DNA of 62,585 bases. It comes from a virus. The number at the start of each line of letters is the position of its first letter. Positions within the stretch are counted from its first letter, which is position 1. The stretch is from positions 1-62,585 of IMG/VR virus record IMGVR_UViG_3300002035_000001; one strand, 5' to 3'. The notes under the pieces were generated by a model, which worked only from the letters and a program-made list of their open reading frames with translations, searched no databases and was not told the DNA's origin. The translations under genes were made by a program, and so were the position numbers. Below are positions 33,089 through 43,268 of this stretch, piece by piece.

Positions 33089-33697
33089 ATGATTACTGAA
33101 CTTTTCTTAGTTGGATCAACTGCCTTTTGGGTCTTGTTGGCATTCGGCTTTCTTCTGTTGTCCACAGCTGCTTCTCGAGGGCACTGGGGGCTTCCGGCTT
33201 TCTGTACCGTAATACTCGGGGCATTGTTCTTTGGATTTACAGACCTATCGTCTCATAGTTCTTCTTGGGATCCTCTACAGCTCTTCCTAGGGTTAGTCAT
33301 CTACCTACTAGCAGGGTCAGTATGGTCTTTATATAAGTGGTTAAAGCTTACTCAAGAGATTAGGCTGAGGATTGAAGGAATAAAGAACGACTATACCGAT
33401 GATGCTTCAATGAGAGCCTACGGTCTTCGTGACCACTTTGTTCCCAATGACATCGGGTCTACCGCTCCCATGACTATTCCTCCTACGCCAGGAGAATTCC
33501 ATTCACGTATTACAGGATGGATTGCTTTTTGGCCTGCCTGCATGACATCCGGAATATTTTGTAATGTTCTACCCTGGCTATGGAGTTTGATATCAGGTAT
33601 CTTTAGTTTCGTAGCCAAGAAACTAAGGTCAATAATGGACAGGATAAGCAATAGCTCCTTTGAGGACTATCAGCCTCTCGAAAAGAAAGAAGACTAA
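33089..33697 (+). CDS. Polytopic membrane protein
   Basis: At least 4 hydrophobic helices; GGAGGA RBS. Confidence 0.55.
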   Translation: MITELFLVGSTAFWVLLAFGFLLLSTAASRGHWGLPAFCTVILGALFFGFTDLSSHSSSWDPLQLFLGLVIYLLAGSVWSLYKWLKLTQEIRLRIEGIKNDYTDDASMRAYGLRDHFVPNDIGSTAPMTIPPTPGEFHSRITGWIAFWPACMTSGIFCNVLPWLWSLISGIFSFVAKKLRSIMDRISNSSFEDYQPLEKKED

Positions 33698-34350
33698 TGG
33701 ACCCCTATAAAGTATTGGGGATAAAGAAGACAGCTACGGCAAAGGGGATAAAGTCTGCTTACCGTAAGCTGTCTTCTGTTCATCACCCTGACAAGCCCTC
33801 GGGAAATGAAGACAAGTTTAAGGAATTGTCTGAAGCTTACAAGGTCTTGAAGGATCCTAAACGCCGAGAGCGATATGATACCACAGGTAGAACCTCCGAG
33901 TCCAAAGCTACCCCTGATCGCATCCGAGCTTTTATACAGACTACGGTAAGAACCTTGGTGGAAGCAGTCAGGCAAGACGGGACTAGCGATGACCCCGTAT
34001 TCGAGAATATCAAGGATAAGGTAATAATGAGTCTCTTGGGGGCAAGAACCCAGATAAAGAATGATATGTTTAACTCTCAAAGGAAACTAGAGAGAACTCA
34101 AAGATTAATAGAGAGATTTAAGCTAAAGGAGACGGACACGTTCGATCCCGTTCAAGACTCCTTGGTAAGTGAGAAGAAGCGGATACAGTCCGAGCTTGAA
34201 GCTCAAGAAGATGCTCTAGAATTAAGTATGGCTGTGGAGAAGGTATTAAAGACCTACGATTATGAAGTCGGCCCCGGACCGGAGGGACAGTCAAGCCCGG
34301 GACCAACACGCCGCCGCAGCGGACCTCTTTTCGTGACCTTCCAGGGCTAG
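33697..34350 (+). CDS. J-domain (DnaJ-like) protein
   Basis: DPYKVLGIKKTATAKGIKSAYRKLSSVHHPDK with the HPD tripeptide; TAATG coupling. Confidence 0.85.
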   Translation: MDPYKVLGIKKTATAKGIKSAYRKLSSVHHPDKPSGNEDKFKELSEAYKVLKDPKRRERYDTTGRTSESKATPDRIRAFIQTTVRTLVEAVRQDGTSDDPVFENIKDKVIMSLLGARTQIKNDMFNSQRKLERTQRLIERFKLKETDTFDPVQDSLVSEKKRIQSELEAQEDALELSMAVEKVLKTYDYEVGPGPEGQSSPGPTRRRSGPLFVTFQG

Positions 34351-34709
34351 TCGCCATCCCCTTCAGTAGTCACCTCAGCACCGTCTTTACTAACCTTTAG
34401 GGATGTTCTACCCACAGGTCCTCCGATGGTTAAAGCTATAATAACTATCAGCATCCCGATGATACATCCTGCTAGTCCCCACCCGAGGATGGATAACTGT
34501 TGGCCTTGTAAGGCTTCCTGCCACCCTCCCCTCCATATAATATAGACTAGAATAATGCTCAGGATCCCGCAGAACATTCCTGCAGCAGACATGAGCTTGA
34601 CCATCAATGCCCGCTGACCTTCCTTAAAGGTTGAGGCGGGAGGTCTACTCATAAAGACGTTATGAAGGAAGGTAGTTATACCCACCCATATACGTTTCAG
34701 TCTTTCCAT
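34347..34709 (-). CDS. Small membrane protein (holin candidate)
   Basis: Two long hydrophobic helices; TAATG coupling to the M23 peptidase gene; last gene of the late operon. Confidence 0.45.
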   Translation of the reverse strand: MERLKRIWVGITTFLHNVFMSRPPASTFKEGQRALMVKLMSAAGMFCGILSIILVYIIWRGGWQEALQGQQLSILGWGLAGCIIGMLIVIIALTIGGPVGRTSLKVSKDGAEVTTEGDGD

Positions 34710-35221
34710 TACCTTCTCCTCTTTTCTTTCCTCTTCAGGGGACAGACTCCAAAGACCGCCATGGGGGACATCCGGCCACTAAGGCCCAGAGCAACCCACC
34801 GACGATACCGGATCTCAAAGTGGAGGTGGGCATCCTTGCCCCTCATTCCTCGGGCATTACCGCTGTCTCCAGTTTTACCCACTTGTTGACCTACCTTTAC
34901 CTTGTCTCCCTTCTTTACGGAGACACTAGATAGGTGAGAATAAAAAGCAAACAAGGTATCCTGGTCACCGTCATCATCAAAATCAAACTGGAAGCGTATT
35001 AATACCTGAAGGCCGTAAGCACCGGCGTTACGAACACCGACCACAGTACCGTCGGCGATAGCATAGCAGGGAGTTCCTATAGGGGCTGAGAAGTCCCATC
35101 CCTGATGGGGTCGAGGCTTACCGTTGCGGCGCCTTCGCACCATGCCAAAAGTGTTGTTTATGACGCCCCGACGGATGACGTTCTCATCCAAGGGCCAATC
35201 GATGGGGTAATTAATAGTCAT
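34709..35221 (-). CDS. M23-family peptidase (endolysin or virion lysin)
   Basis: HQGWD (HxxxD) and HLHFE (HxH) zinc motifs. Confidence 0.85.
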   Translation of the reverse strand: MTINYPIDWPLDENVIRRGVINNTFGMVRRRRNGKPRPHQGWDFSAPIGTPCYAIADGTVVGVRNAGAYGLQVLIRFQFDFDDDGDQDTLFAFYSHLSSVSVKKGDKVKVGQQVGKTGDSGNARGMRGKDAHLHFEIRYRRWVALGLSGRMSPMAVFGVCPLKRKEKRRR

Positions 35222-35235
35222 GGTATTCTCCTTAG

Positions 35236-36996
35236 TTATGCCGGGATAAAGCTTATTCCAGAAAGACTCGTAAATGCGGTATTACCCGACTGCATTATCA
35301 CATTACCGCTAGAGTCTACATCTATTCTACCTGCTCCGCCTCCGTTAGCTGTAGTAAACATCAAAGTATCCGCAGGCCTGTATCCAGACAGCAGAGTAAA
35401 TAAGGTAACACCGCTAGTCGAGGATCCTCCGGGTGCCTGTATTAGTCCTTCGATATGGACTATCCCGGCAGCGTCTTTGAAATACCTTGCTCCGCCAAAC
35501 CCCGCACCATAGTTAATCCAGGGAGAATTAAGAGTGGGTATCAGAGCATCCGTGGAGTCTATCGCAGTTCCCGTTAGCTTAGTTTCCATCTCATCATAGA
35601 TAGCATTCTTAGTGGGAACTTCTAGGCTAGTATCCCAGGATCCCGAGTAAGCTTCGTCCGCTACAGTTAGGTATCCCGTTACTCGTCCGTCGCCCGTAAC
35701 ACTAAGTTCTTCCGATCCTGAGTTCGATCCGATCCTGAGTTGCCCTTGGAAATAGTTTATACAGTCGTCGTCTATAAAGATACCGTATCTTGTTCCTATA
35801 ATAGCTCCAGCGGTCACTTGGTAATCGCCATGAAATAGATAAGAGTTAGTTATAGTCCCACTATTATGGTCTACTATGGCGTTGACAGCTTGAGCGCTAG
35901 TAACACTAGGAGAATTTGTTCCCGTCTCGACTTCTGAGTAACTACCTCTCAAGATACCTACGGGGCTGATATTAGTGCCCGCAGTAACAGCTCTACTCCA
36001 TGAGCCGTAAGCATTACTTATTGTTCCATTAGTTCTACAATCTACGATAGCTGTAAAGTGGCCGGCATAGATATTTCCTACTAGACCCTCATTGTTCTGA
36101 GCGTAACAGATTTGTCGGGTACCGTAAGCTTGGGTATTTCTGCCGCCAGCCTCATTATTAGCCGCATAGGTTATCCCATATTGCCCTGTAACATTATAGG
36201 TCGGTCCTTCTGCGTCGGTGATCTGCTGAAGTCCGTAGATAGTCTGTCTCGAACCGCTAGTTTGATCCATCCCTGTGGCGGTGGACCTGACATTTATCTC
36301 CTGGCCTACATGAGTTCGATTACTAGTAAAGCTCTCAGTGCCCGTAACATCCATGTCAAGTAAGAAACCATCGAGGTGTTGATCCCCTTCAGTCAAGTCT
36401 ACATTCATCGATTGAGAGGTATTATCTCCCGCATCTCTTAAGACAACATCAGCACTAGATACCTTTTCGCTATCAAGCTCAGCTAATGCCCCTTGAACAT
36501 CGGTAGCTTCTAGGTTGCCGGTGGGAGTAAAGTCTACAATACCTGCGGTGAGATCTAACCATCCTACATTGTAATCTGCGCCGTCTACCTTAAGTAGTAT
36601 CTGTCCCTCATCGCCTCCGGAAGGGAAGGCTGCTTGAGAAGATGCTTTTTCGCTATCAAGCTCCACAAGGGCAGCTTGGACATCTGTTGCCTCTAGGTTA
36701 CCGGCCGGAGTAAAGGCAGTGGTCCCCGCTGTTAAGCTAGCCCAAGTAAACTCGAAGTCGTTATTCGAGAACTTCTTGAGCACCTGCTGGCTACTTCCTC
36801 CTGCGGGAATAGGAACCGAGGCGTAAGGTAGGTTATCCCATTCCGTAGAGCCATCCCCGTACTTAATCCTTCGGGTATCGGTTTCGATAGCAGGCTCAGC
36901 TAGCCGTAAAGTGGGGTTTACTGAGGACCAGTTGCCCGAAGTATCTCGCCTTATTAAAAATGTGACCTTAGTTGCCATTTGCATCACCGCCGTCAT
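35236..36996 (-). CDS. Tail fibre protein with an internal ~65-aa repeat
   Basis: FTPAGNLEATDVQAALVELDSEKASS and FTPTGNLEATDVQGALAELDSEKVSS repeats. The start may instead be ATG 36978. Confidence 0.7.
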   Translation of the reverse strand: MTAVMQMATKVTFLIRRDTSGNWSSVNPTLRLAEPAIETDTRRIKYGDGSTEWDNLPYASVPIPAGGSSQQVLKKFSNNDFEFTWASLTAGTTAFTPAGNLEATDVQAALVELDSEKASSQAAFPSGGDEGQILLKVDGADYNVGWLDLTAGIVDFTPTGNLEATDVQGALAELDSEKVSSADVVLRDAGDNTSQSMNVDLTEGDQHLDGFLLDMDVTGTESFTSNRTHVGQEINVRSTATGMDQTSGSRQTIYGLQQITDAEGPTYNVTGQYGITYAANNEAGGRNTQAYGTRQICYAQNNEGLVGNIYAGHFTAIVDCRTNGTISNAYGSWSRAVTAGTNISPVGILRGSYSEVETGTNSPSVTSAQAVNAIVDHNSGTITNSYLFHGDYQVTAGAIIGTRYGIFIDDDCINYFQGQLRIGSNSGSEELSVTGDGRVTGYLTVADEAYSGSWDTSLEVPTKNAIYDEMETKLTGTAIDSTDALIPTLNSPWINYGAGFGGARYFKDAAGIVHIEGLIQAPGGSSTSGVTLFTLLSGYRPADTLMFTTANGGGAGRIDVDSSGNVIMQSGNTAFTSLSGISFIPA

Positions 36997-38959
36997 ATAC
37001 TATATCTTGGCCTGTAGGAGTAAAGCTATACTCAGTAACTGTTGAAATGTCTTGTAGTCCTTGGCCAAACTGGTTAAAAGAAACAAACTTAACATAGAGC
37101 ATATTGCCTATGTAAGCTTCCGGTAGGGGGATCCTTTCGACTGCGCTGTCCAGTCTTGTATAAGCATCTCCTGAGGCATGAGCAGCTGTCTCGGTTGTTG
37201 ATTGACCCCTATACAGGTTAGTAAGATCATACTCGCTTGTAGCAGTAAGTATAGCGGTTTCGTATGAGAAGATCTCATCATTAACTACTGCTCGAGTAAC
37301 TCCCGCCTCGGCATCCGCTGCACTTACACTGAGCATAGTCCCCCTAGACTCAGTAAGGTCAACCGAAGCGGTATTAACGGTATCGGGATTAGCCAAGTTG
37401 TAATCGGGTAAAGCAGCAGACAGCTCCCCTTGAGTAGCAGGCTGATTAATAGTACCAAGCTGACTGTAGCTAGTCTGATCTGTGGATACCCATACCTGTG
37501 CTCCCCCCCAGTTTTCTCCTGACCCCGAGGCTGCTACCCATATCTCCGGAACTTGGTCAGTTAGATCCAAGGGTGCTTCAAGGATAAGAGGAGTATTAAC
37601 ATCGGGGGCAGGAGTTCCCTGGTTAATGGGATTATTCGATACTTGCTGCTTAGGAAAGGCCGTGGGTGCTCCCAATCCTTCTACCAAGTCCTCGGCAGTA
37701 AAGGATAGGTTACCGCTCTCATCTTCTTCAAGGTCAACAATCCTTACAGGGTATCTGTCTAGCCCTAGCTTAACGTCCGTTAAAGTAACTACATCTTGGG
37801 GCTCTAGCAGACAATACTCCCAGGACAGCATGAAGGTATACTCATTACGGATATATAACTTACGCTGGAGCATCAGCTGCCCCGATAGGGAGGCAATATC
37901 AACCTCGCAAATCTCGTTTGCGGTAAGAGTATTTCCCACCCTGTTCCCATACAGCTGTATAGCACTCTCGTCTCGGATCTCCACAGGGAGCACGGAGTAC
38001 TGGTTGTCTCGGTCCTTTATCTCTAGTCTTAATATGTTGTCTGTATTGCTCACATCTATTCGGTTGATCTTTATGGGATCATCGTCACTTGCTACGAAGT
38101 CTTCATCTGTTAAGTCATACAAGGGAGCAGTGGAAGCATTCCAGGTAATCCCGTTACCTGTTACGCTCTCTTCTGCGTAGGGGATAAATTTTAATACCTT
38201 GTCTGACCAAACAACAGTAGAATTAGTAAAGTCAAGCCACCTCTGAATGATATCAGCACCGGTCTCCTGACTAACTAATGCTGGAGATATACCGAAGCCC
38301 ATAGCTTTACAATAGGTCTGGTAGGATCCGTCACCGTCTTCTCCTAGTAGGTGCCTTTCGCTGATATAAGCCTCGGGGAAATAAGCTCCAAACTGGGGAT
38401 TAGTTAAAAGTTCTTCGATACAGAGTGCTACATCAGCATCATCACTGTTAACTATTCCCGTTAAGGATCCCGCTAACCTTCCCACCGTCTCAAAGTTATG
38501 ATTACGGATGGAAGCTGCATCGGTAAGACCGTAGTCATTTGCAGCAACATAACACAGGCCGTTGTAAGACAGCGCGCTGTCCGGGTAGTTGGTTACTAAG
38601 TAAGGCCAAGGATCCTGAGGGTTTTCTCCTGAGAACAATGTAAGGCCTTCTTCGGATAAGGTGGTTTCCGTTCGATCTGCCCAAGTCCTAGGAATACTAG
38701 ATACCACTCCTTCACATACTCCCAAGATAACATCAGCAGTATAGCTGTAACTAGTTGTCTCAACAGAGCCACCCTTACCTCCCTGACTCTCCTTAGTGGT
38801 AATAGTGGTAAAGTTGTCATACCAGATGATATTGGGAGCAAGGGTATTAGTACCCATAAGAATGGGAACCGCCAAACTATTTGTGGAAGTCTGAACCTGT
38901 AAGCCAGTATACTGAGGTTTGCTATTACTGTTCCCGCTTTTGGGAAGTAGGATGCTCAT
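36968..38959 (-). CDS. gpJ/RcGTA g15-like central tail (host specificity) protein
   Basis: The N-terminus ...QGGKGGSVETTSYSYTADVILGVCEGVVSSIPRTWAD is typical of gpJ-like proteins; position after the NlpC/P60 gene. Confidence 0.65.
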   Translation of the reverse strand: MSILLPKSGNSNSKPQYTGLQVQTSTNSLAVPILMGTNTLAPNIIWYDNFTTITTKESQGGKGGSVETTSYSYTADVILGVCEGVVSSIPRTWADRTETTLSEEGLTLFSGENPQDPWPYLVTNYPDSALSYNGLCYVAANDYGLTDAASIRNHNFETVGRLAGSLTGIVNSDDADVALCIEELLTNPQFGAYFPEAYISERHLLGEDGDGSYQTYCKAMGFGISPALVSQETGADIIQRWLDFTNSTVVWSDKVLKFIPYAEESVTGNGITWNASTAPLYDLTDEDFVASDDDPIKINRIDVSNTDNILRLEIKDRDNQYSVLPVEIRDESAIQLYGNRVGNTLTANEICEVDIASLSGQLMLQRKLYIRNEYTFMLSWEYCLLEPQDVVTLTDVKLGLDRYPVRIVDLEEDESGNLSFTAEDLVEGLGAPTAFPKQQVSNNPINQGTPAPDVNTPLILEAPLDLTDQVPEIWVAASGSGENWGGAQVWVSTDQTSYSQLGTINQPATQGELSAALPDYNLANPDTVNTASVDLTESRGTMLSVSAADAEAGVTRAVVNDEIFSYETAILTATSEYDLTNLYRGQSTTETAAHASGDAYTRLDSAVERIPLPEAYIGNMLYVKFVSFNQFGQGLQDISTVTEYSFTPTGQDIVYDGGDANGN

Positions 38960-39387
38960 GCTTCATCTCCCCATAAAGTATATACCTTGTGTTCTCTGTC
39001 CTCAAATCTTCCCTTAGTTGCGTCTTGTTCCAGTACCCCTATCCCGGTAAAGGCATGGATAATGATCGGCCACTTAACTATGATTGCACCGTGGGCAAAG
39101 CACCTACCCCACTTGAATAGGACAAAGTTACCCGTCTGCCTGTCCTTAGTCTCTTCAGCGTGGTCAAGTACTGTAGACATATACCTCTCTTCGCCTCGAT
39201 GTAGATGCCAATCAATAGGATAGTGCCCGGGGTCTACTTCGGGTATTAATCCACAGGCATGATAAACCTCGGCGGGGAGCATAGCACAATCTACTCCTGC
39301 ACCCTTAATTCTCCCATGGGGATGATAAGGAGTTGAGAGCCAAGTCCGAGCCTCAGCTACTACTTTATGTCTTTCTATATTGCTCAT
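38956..39387 (-). CDS. NlpC/P60 cell-wall peptidase (RcGTA g14-like)
   Basis: GAGVDCAMLPAEVYHACG (catalytic Cys) and FAHGAII (His). Start set at the TAATG junction (an alternative ATG is at 39423). Confidence 0.8.
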   Translation of the reverse strand: MSNIERHKVVAEARTWLSTPYHPHGRIKGAGVDCAMLPAEVYHACGLIPEVDPGHYPIDWHLHRGEERYMSTVLDHAEETKDRQTGNFVLFKWGRCFAHGAIIVKWPIIIHAFTGIGVLEQDATKGRFEDREHKVYTLWGDEA

Positions 39388-40322
39388 TAGATTGCTGTCT
39401 CCGGTGGCGGTACAAAAGGCCATCCTCTAAAGTTTCGAGTATTCCTATACTTAGGGCATCCTTGAGCACCGTCATAGGTATGGTCACAACCGGGGCTTAT
39501 GATAAAACTGTCATTTATCGAGGGAGTATGAGGGAAGGGGAATATCACCTCGACGCCTGAGGTCGATGATGAGCGCACCGGACGCGATTGTCCTATGTTA
39601 TCACCTGAAGTAAAGCGCAAAATGCCTTGAGCGAAATAATCAGGATCCTGAGCATTAGCCCAGACTATGGATCTTCGAGTTGAAGTTCCTGATACCACCG
39701 CATTAACTTCGAAGAGCTCGCGGTTAAGGCCACAGCCCTGGTCGAAGAGAGTATGTAGGCAGCTTGCCTGGTATAGGTTTCGAGGCATGTCTACGTCTAA
39801 TAGACTAAGGTCGGATTTCACCTTTACTCTTGCTGCTGTTCTCCCCACCTCCTCGACATTTGATACTCTTCCCGAGAAGAGGTTAATAGCCCCTACTGCC
39901 GCATTGGGATCACCGGGCCTAGACGGCCAAGTGTCAGGATCAAAGAATGCCCTATCCTGCTCAAATCTCGCCCCGTCAAGTAGACCATCCTTAATAGCTT
40001 CTAAGAAGGGAACTCCCTGGATAGTTACTGTGTCATTGGAGTAGATAGTTATAGTCTGCTCATCTACTTTTAGCCCTCTCTGGAGCCGGTACTGTAATCC
40101 TTCTATGATTAATCCCGAAGAAGAGTACAGATGGTTACCTACTTGGACATCAGCATCAGAGTCAGTATAGAAGTAGGTCTCGCCTGTGGGATTGTTTAGA
40201 GCGATAGCCGCTAGAGTCCCGATATCCGCCCCGAACTGAGTAATCATGGTAAAGCAGTTAGCAAAGGGAAGTCTGGTGTTGTTTCGCAGCAAGGCTATAA
40301 GTTGAGGAGTAGCATATCTCAT
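39387..40322 (-). CDS. DUF2163-like tail hub protein (RcGTA g13-like)
   Basis: Size, position and gene order DUF2460 > this gene > NlpC/P60 > g15-like. The family assignment is from memory. Confidence 0.6.
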   Translation of the reverse strand: MRYATPQLIALLRNNTRLPFANCFTMITQFGADIGTLAAIALNNPTGETYFYTDSDADVQVGNHLYSSSGLIIEGLQYRLQRGLKVDEQTITIYSNDTVTIQGVPFLEAIKDGLLDGARFEQDRAFFDPDTWPSRPGDPNAAVGAINLFSGRVSNVEEVGRTAARVKVKSDLSLLDVDMPRNLYQASCLHTLFDQGCGLNRELFEVNAVVSGTSTRRSIVWANAQDPDYFAQGILRFTSGDNIGQSRPVRSSSTSGVEVIFPFPHTPSINDSFIISPGCDHTYDGAQGCPKYRNTRNFRGWPFVPPPETAI

Positions 40323-40323
40323 T

Positions 40324-40923
40324 TTAATAATCCACGCTCTTCAGAGTAACGTCTCTGAGTTGATATAGGTTATACATAAACTGCTCATAGTCCTGTGCGT
40401 CTGAGCCGAACCGGCAAATATAATAGTAGCTGAAGGTTGCGGTAACCAGAACGCCGTTACCAGGAGGGTTATTAAAGACTATGATATTTGGAGCAGAGAA
40501 TGAATAGTCAGCGGGGTCCACCGCCACGCCGTCAAGAAAGATATTATTGATTTGGTTAAGGTGGCCAACAGCCTCATAGTAACTCGGACCCGTATTTCTA
40601 CCCAGAATAAAGACAGTGTTAGTACCGTTCCCCGCTCCTATTCCACCATTAATAACGGAATGGTCATTGGGATCCATAAACAAGAAATAGTCGTAGGATC
40701 CTCTAGCCTTTAAGAACAGGCCCTCAATGTCAGTAAGCTCCGTATGACCATTTTGATTTCTAAGAAGGTCGTAGCTAAGACCGAACTCGTAGTAACACTG
40801 GGTCATGTTAATGGATGAGGCTTCCCTCTGACTCTCGCCTGACCTTAACTGCACCGTAAACATAGGCTTACGGTATACAGACCAGGATCGACCTATAAGC
40901 TGGGGAAATACAGGGATAGTCAT
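40324..40923 (-). CDS. DUF2460-like distal tail protein (RcGTA g12-like)
   Basis: ATGA overlap start (MTIPVFPQL). ...ATFSYYYICRFGSDAQDYEQFMYNLYQLRDVTLKSV is paralogous to the C-terminus of the upstream gene. Confidence 0.6.
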   Translation of the reverse strand: MTIPVFPQLIGRSWSVYRKPMFTVQLRSGESQREASSINMTQCYYEFGLSYDLLRNQNGHTELTDIEGLFLKARGSYDYFLFMDPNDHSVINGGIGAGNGTNTVFILGRNTGPSYYEAVGHLNQINNIFLDGVAVDPADYSFSAPNIIVFNNPPGNGVLVTATFSYYYICRFGSDAQDYEQFMYNLYQLRDVTLKSVDY

Positions 40924-43268
40924 GGCTTCACCGATACAAAATGACATCTTCTAAGACTATGAAAGTGGTTCATAAACTCCTCGAAACTCTGAGTATCTTC
41001 ATAGAACCTACAAACAAAGTAGTAAGAAAAGGTAGCGGTGATAACAGCATCCTCCGCCGGCGCGGTATTAAACAACACCTGTGGCCAAGTATCGTTATAC
41101 CAGATAGTATAGGTCCCCGGGTCTTGAAGAACTCCATTAGCATAGACTCCTGATACCGTATTAATAGCCCCCACCGGTTCTTCGTAGGGACCGATTGACC
41201 TAACTAAAGTAAAGTTCCTTCTAAAGCCGGTACCTGTTCCTAAGAATTGAGCAGTTACTTGCTTATTCTCAGGATCCTCGAAGATAAATCGATTACCTCG
41301 CCCCTTACGGGATTGAAAGAAGCTAAGCATGGTTTGGTAAGTCTGGCTTTCATCACTCTTTAATCCCTCATAACGTAGTTCAAACTCCCACAGGGGGTAT
41401 ACTGCTCGGGGTGACCTTATCTCCTTCCCCGAGGTATGAGCAGATACTAGCGTGTTAAACTCAGGACTTCGGGTTACTTCCCATCCCAGTTGTATGAGAT
41501 TAGGAAATTCTGGATATACGGGAGCAGGGGTAACCTCAGCATAGGTAGGCCAGTCATCTTCATTATAGACCCAGCCGTCTCTACAAACTTGAGGCCTTGC
41601 CCAAACTAAAGCCTTAGGATAGTCTTTTTCCTCCTTTGCTACCCATATAGCCTGGTCAATCTTATCCCAGATAAAGGTAGTCGCGGGAAGAAGGTTAAAG
41701 CCGGAAAAGTACTGACAATCAGACAAGGGGTATCCCAGTGCCTGTATCGGTACATCCAAATCACTTCTCTGTTGGGTGAAGTTACCGAACTCAATAACCT
41801 CGTAGTCTTCAACCTGTATAAAGTCCCAAGCAGGAGAGGCCCAATCCTCGGCGGGGAAGTCCACTAGGTTAAGCATAGGGGATAGGGGGTTACTTACAGT
41901 AGGAGTATAGAAAAGCACAGTACATAGAGTTCCGGGATAAGCTGCCTTAACCTCGTCTCTTAACCACAAGGTTGCTGACCCTAATTTTCTTCTTATCCAT
42001 GTGAGATAAGCTACCTGATCAGCGTCATCCTCGTACTCATCAAAAATCGTCTGAAGGAAAGGAGTGGGAACCGGTAACCCGGTGTCCGATAAGTACTCAG
42101 CCTGAACAAAGGGATCATAGAAACAAGGACCGTTATCATTAAAGCCCCCTGGCCACCACCAAGGCTCCCCTACCTGGTATCCTGTTGTAGCTCCTGCATC
42201 CACTCCTAGCTTTACAAACTCGACTGCTACGTCCCTTAAGTAGTTCATCCCATCAACTGAACTAGGAGAAACAAAACTAGAGCTGGGTGTCCACCCTGAC
42301 TCTGAGATATCTCCCTTGTAGTCATACTGACACCACTCATAAGGAACAAACTGATTAAGTAGCTCAAAGGAAACGGACATAATAACTCCGATACCTTCAG
42401 CATCAAGCCTCTCACAGAAGTCAGTTACCCACAGACTTGAAGGGGTGTTGATCGTGTCTTTGGCTGTATCGATCTTGAACCTAGCTTCTCCGCTGTCATA
42501 GGTAAGGGATAAGAACTGAGTAAAACCTACATAGAGAGTAACATCTCCCCTGTAACCGAGATTTACAATCTGGTCAACTACCCTAGCAGGGGTAAGGGGG
42601 TAACTGTCAGCATAGCCGTCGGCGATCTCCAAGTCGTGAGCAGCAAGACCTGCATCATTATACCCTACTGTGGAGTTTGAACCCGTAACAGTTATATTAG
42701 TCATATCTGCGGTAAAGGCAAGGTCCGCAATGGGGGTACTAGGACCCAAAGGTCCATTATAGCCAGGCGGTACCCATCCTATGAAGATATTATCGATAAA
42801 GTCCCAAGGAACGGTCTCGTCAGCTAACACTCCCGCCATGGCAGTATTAAAGTCTATCGAGAAAGAAGCATTACGGCCCGAGGGACTTCCCGAGGTAATA
42901 AAGTTCTCTAGGTAGACAAAATACGCTTTACCGCTCATATCTGTAACTGTCATGGTTAGTCGGTTTGCAGACTCGTTAATCACAGGACAGGCAGTGTAGA
43001 CTAGGTCAAAGCTGAGAACACAGTTCCGCCAATCCACGTTCTGTTGGTAGCTAAATAAGGGATGACCAAACTTATCCTTAGACCTCCAAAATAGTCCTAC
43101 CAAGTCGGTAGTTGACCGAAGGATGCCTTCTACGTGAAAACTATCGGATCCCGTCGTAGTGATAGTTGCGATAGCGGAAAGGTTAAAGTCAACATCCCAG
43201 AATATCGGATCAAATCTCTCAATCGTAGTATTAAAGGTAGAAGGCTGTTGGGGGACTAAGTAGCTCAT
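40920..43268 (-). CDS. Large tail protein: an N-terminal ~570-aa domain fused to a second DUF2460-like domain
   Basis: C-terminus FPNLIQLGWEVTRSPEF...ATFSYYFVCRFYEDTQSFEEFMNHFHSLRRCHFVSV parallels ORF 40324..40923. Confidence 0.6.
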   Translation of the reverse strand: MSYLVPQQPSTFNTTIERFDPIFWDVDFNLSAIATITTTGSDSFHVEGILRSTTDLVGLFWRSKDKFGHPLFSYQQNVDWRNCVLSFDLVYTACPVINESANRLTMTVTDMSGKAYFVYLENFITSGSPSGRNASFSIDFNTAMAGVLADETVPWDFIDNIFIGWVPPGYNGPLGPSTPIADLAFTADMTNITVTGSNSTVGYNDAGLAAHDLEIADGYADSYPLTPARVVDQIVNLGYRGDVTLYVGFTQFLSLTYDSGEARFKIDTAKDTINTPSSLWVTDFCERLDAEGIGVIMSVSFELLNQFVPYEWCQYDYKGDISESGWTPSSSFVSPSSVDGMNYLRDVAVEFVKLGVDAGATTGYQVGEPWWWPGGFNDNGPCFYDPFVQAEYLSDTGLPVPTPFLQTIFDEYEDDADQVAYLTWIRRKLGSATLWLRDEVKAAYPGTLCTVLFYTPTVSNPLSPMLNLVDFPAEDWASPAWDFIQVEDYEVIEFGNFTQQRSDLDVPIQALGYPLSDCQYFSGFNLLPATTFIWDKIDQAIWVAKEEKDYPKALVWARPQVCRDGWVYNEDDWPTYAEVTPAPVYPEFPNLIQLGWEVTRSPEFNTLVSAHTSGKEIRSPRAVYPLWEFELRYEGLKSDESQTYQTMLSFFQSRKGRGNRFIFEDPENKQVTAQFLGTGTGFRRNFTLVRSIGPYEEPVGAINTVSGVYANGVLQDPGTYTIWYNDTWPQVLFNTAPAEDAVITATFSYYFVCRFYEDTQSFEEFMNHFHSLRRCHFVSVKP

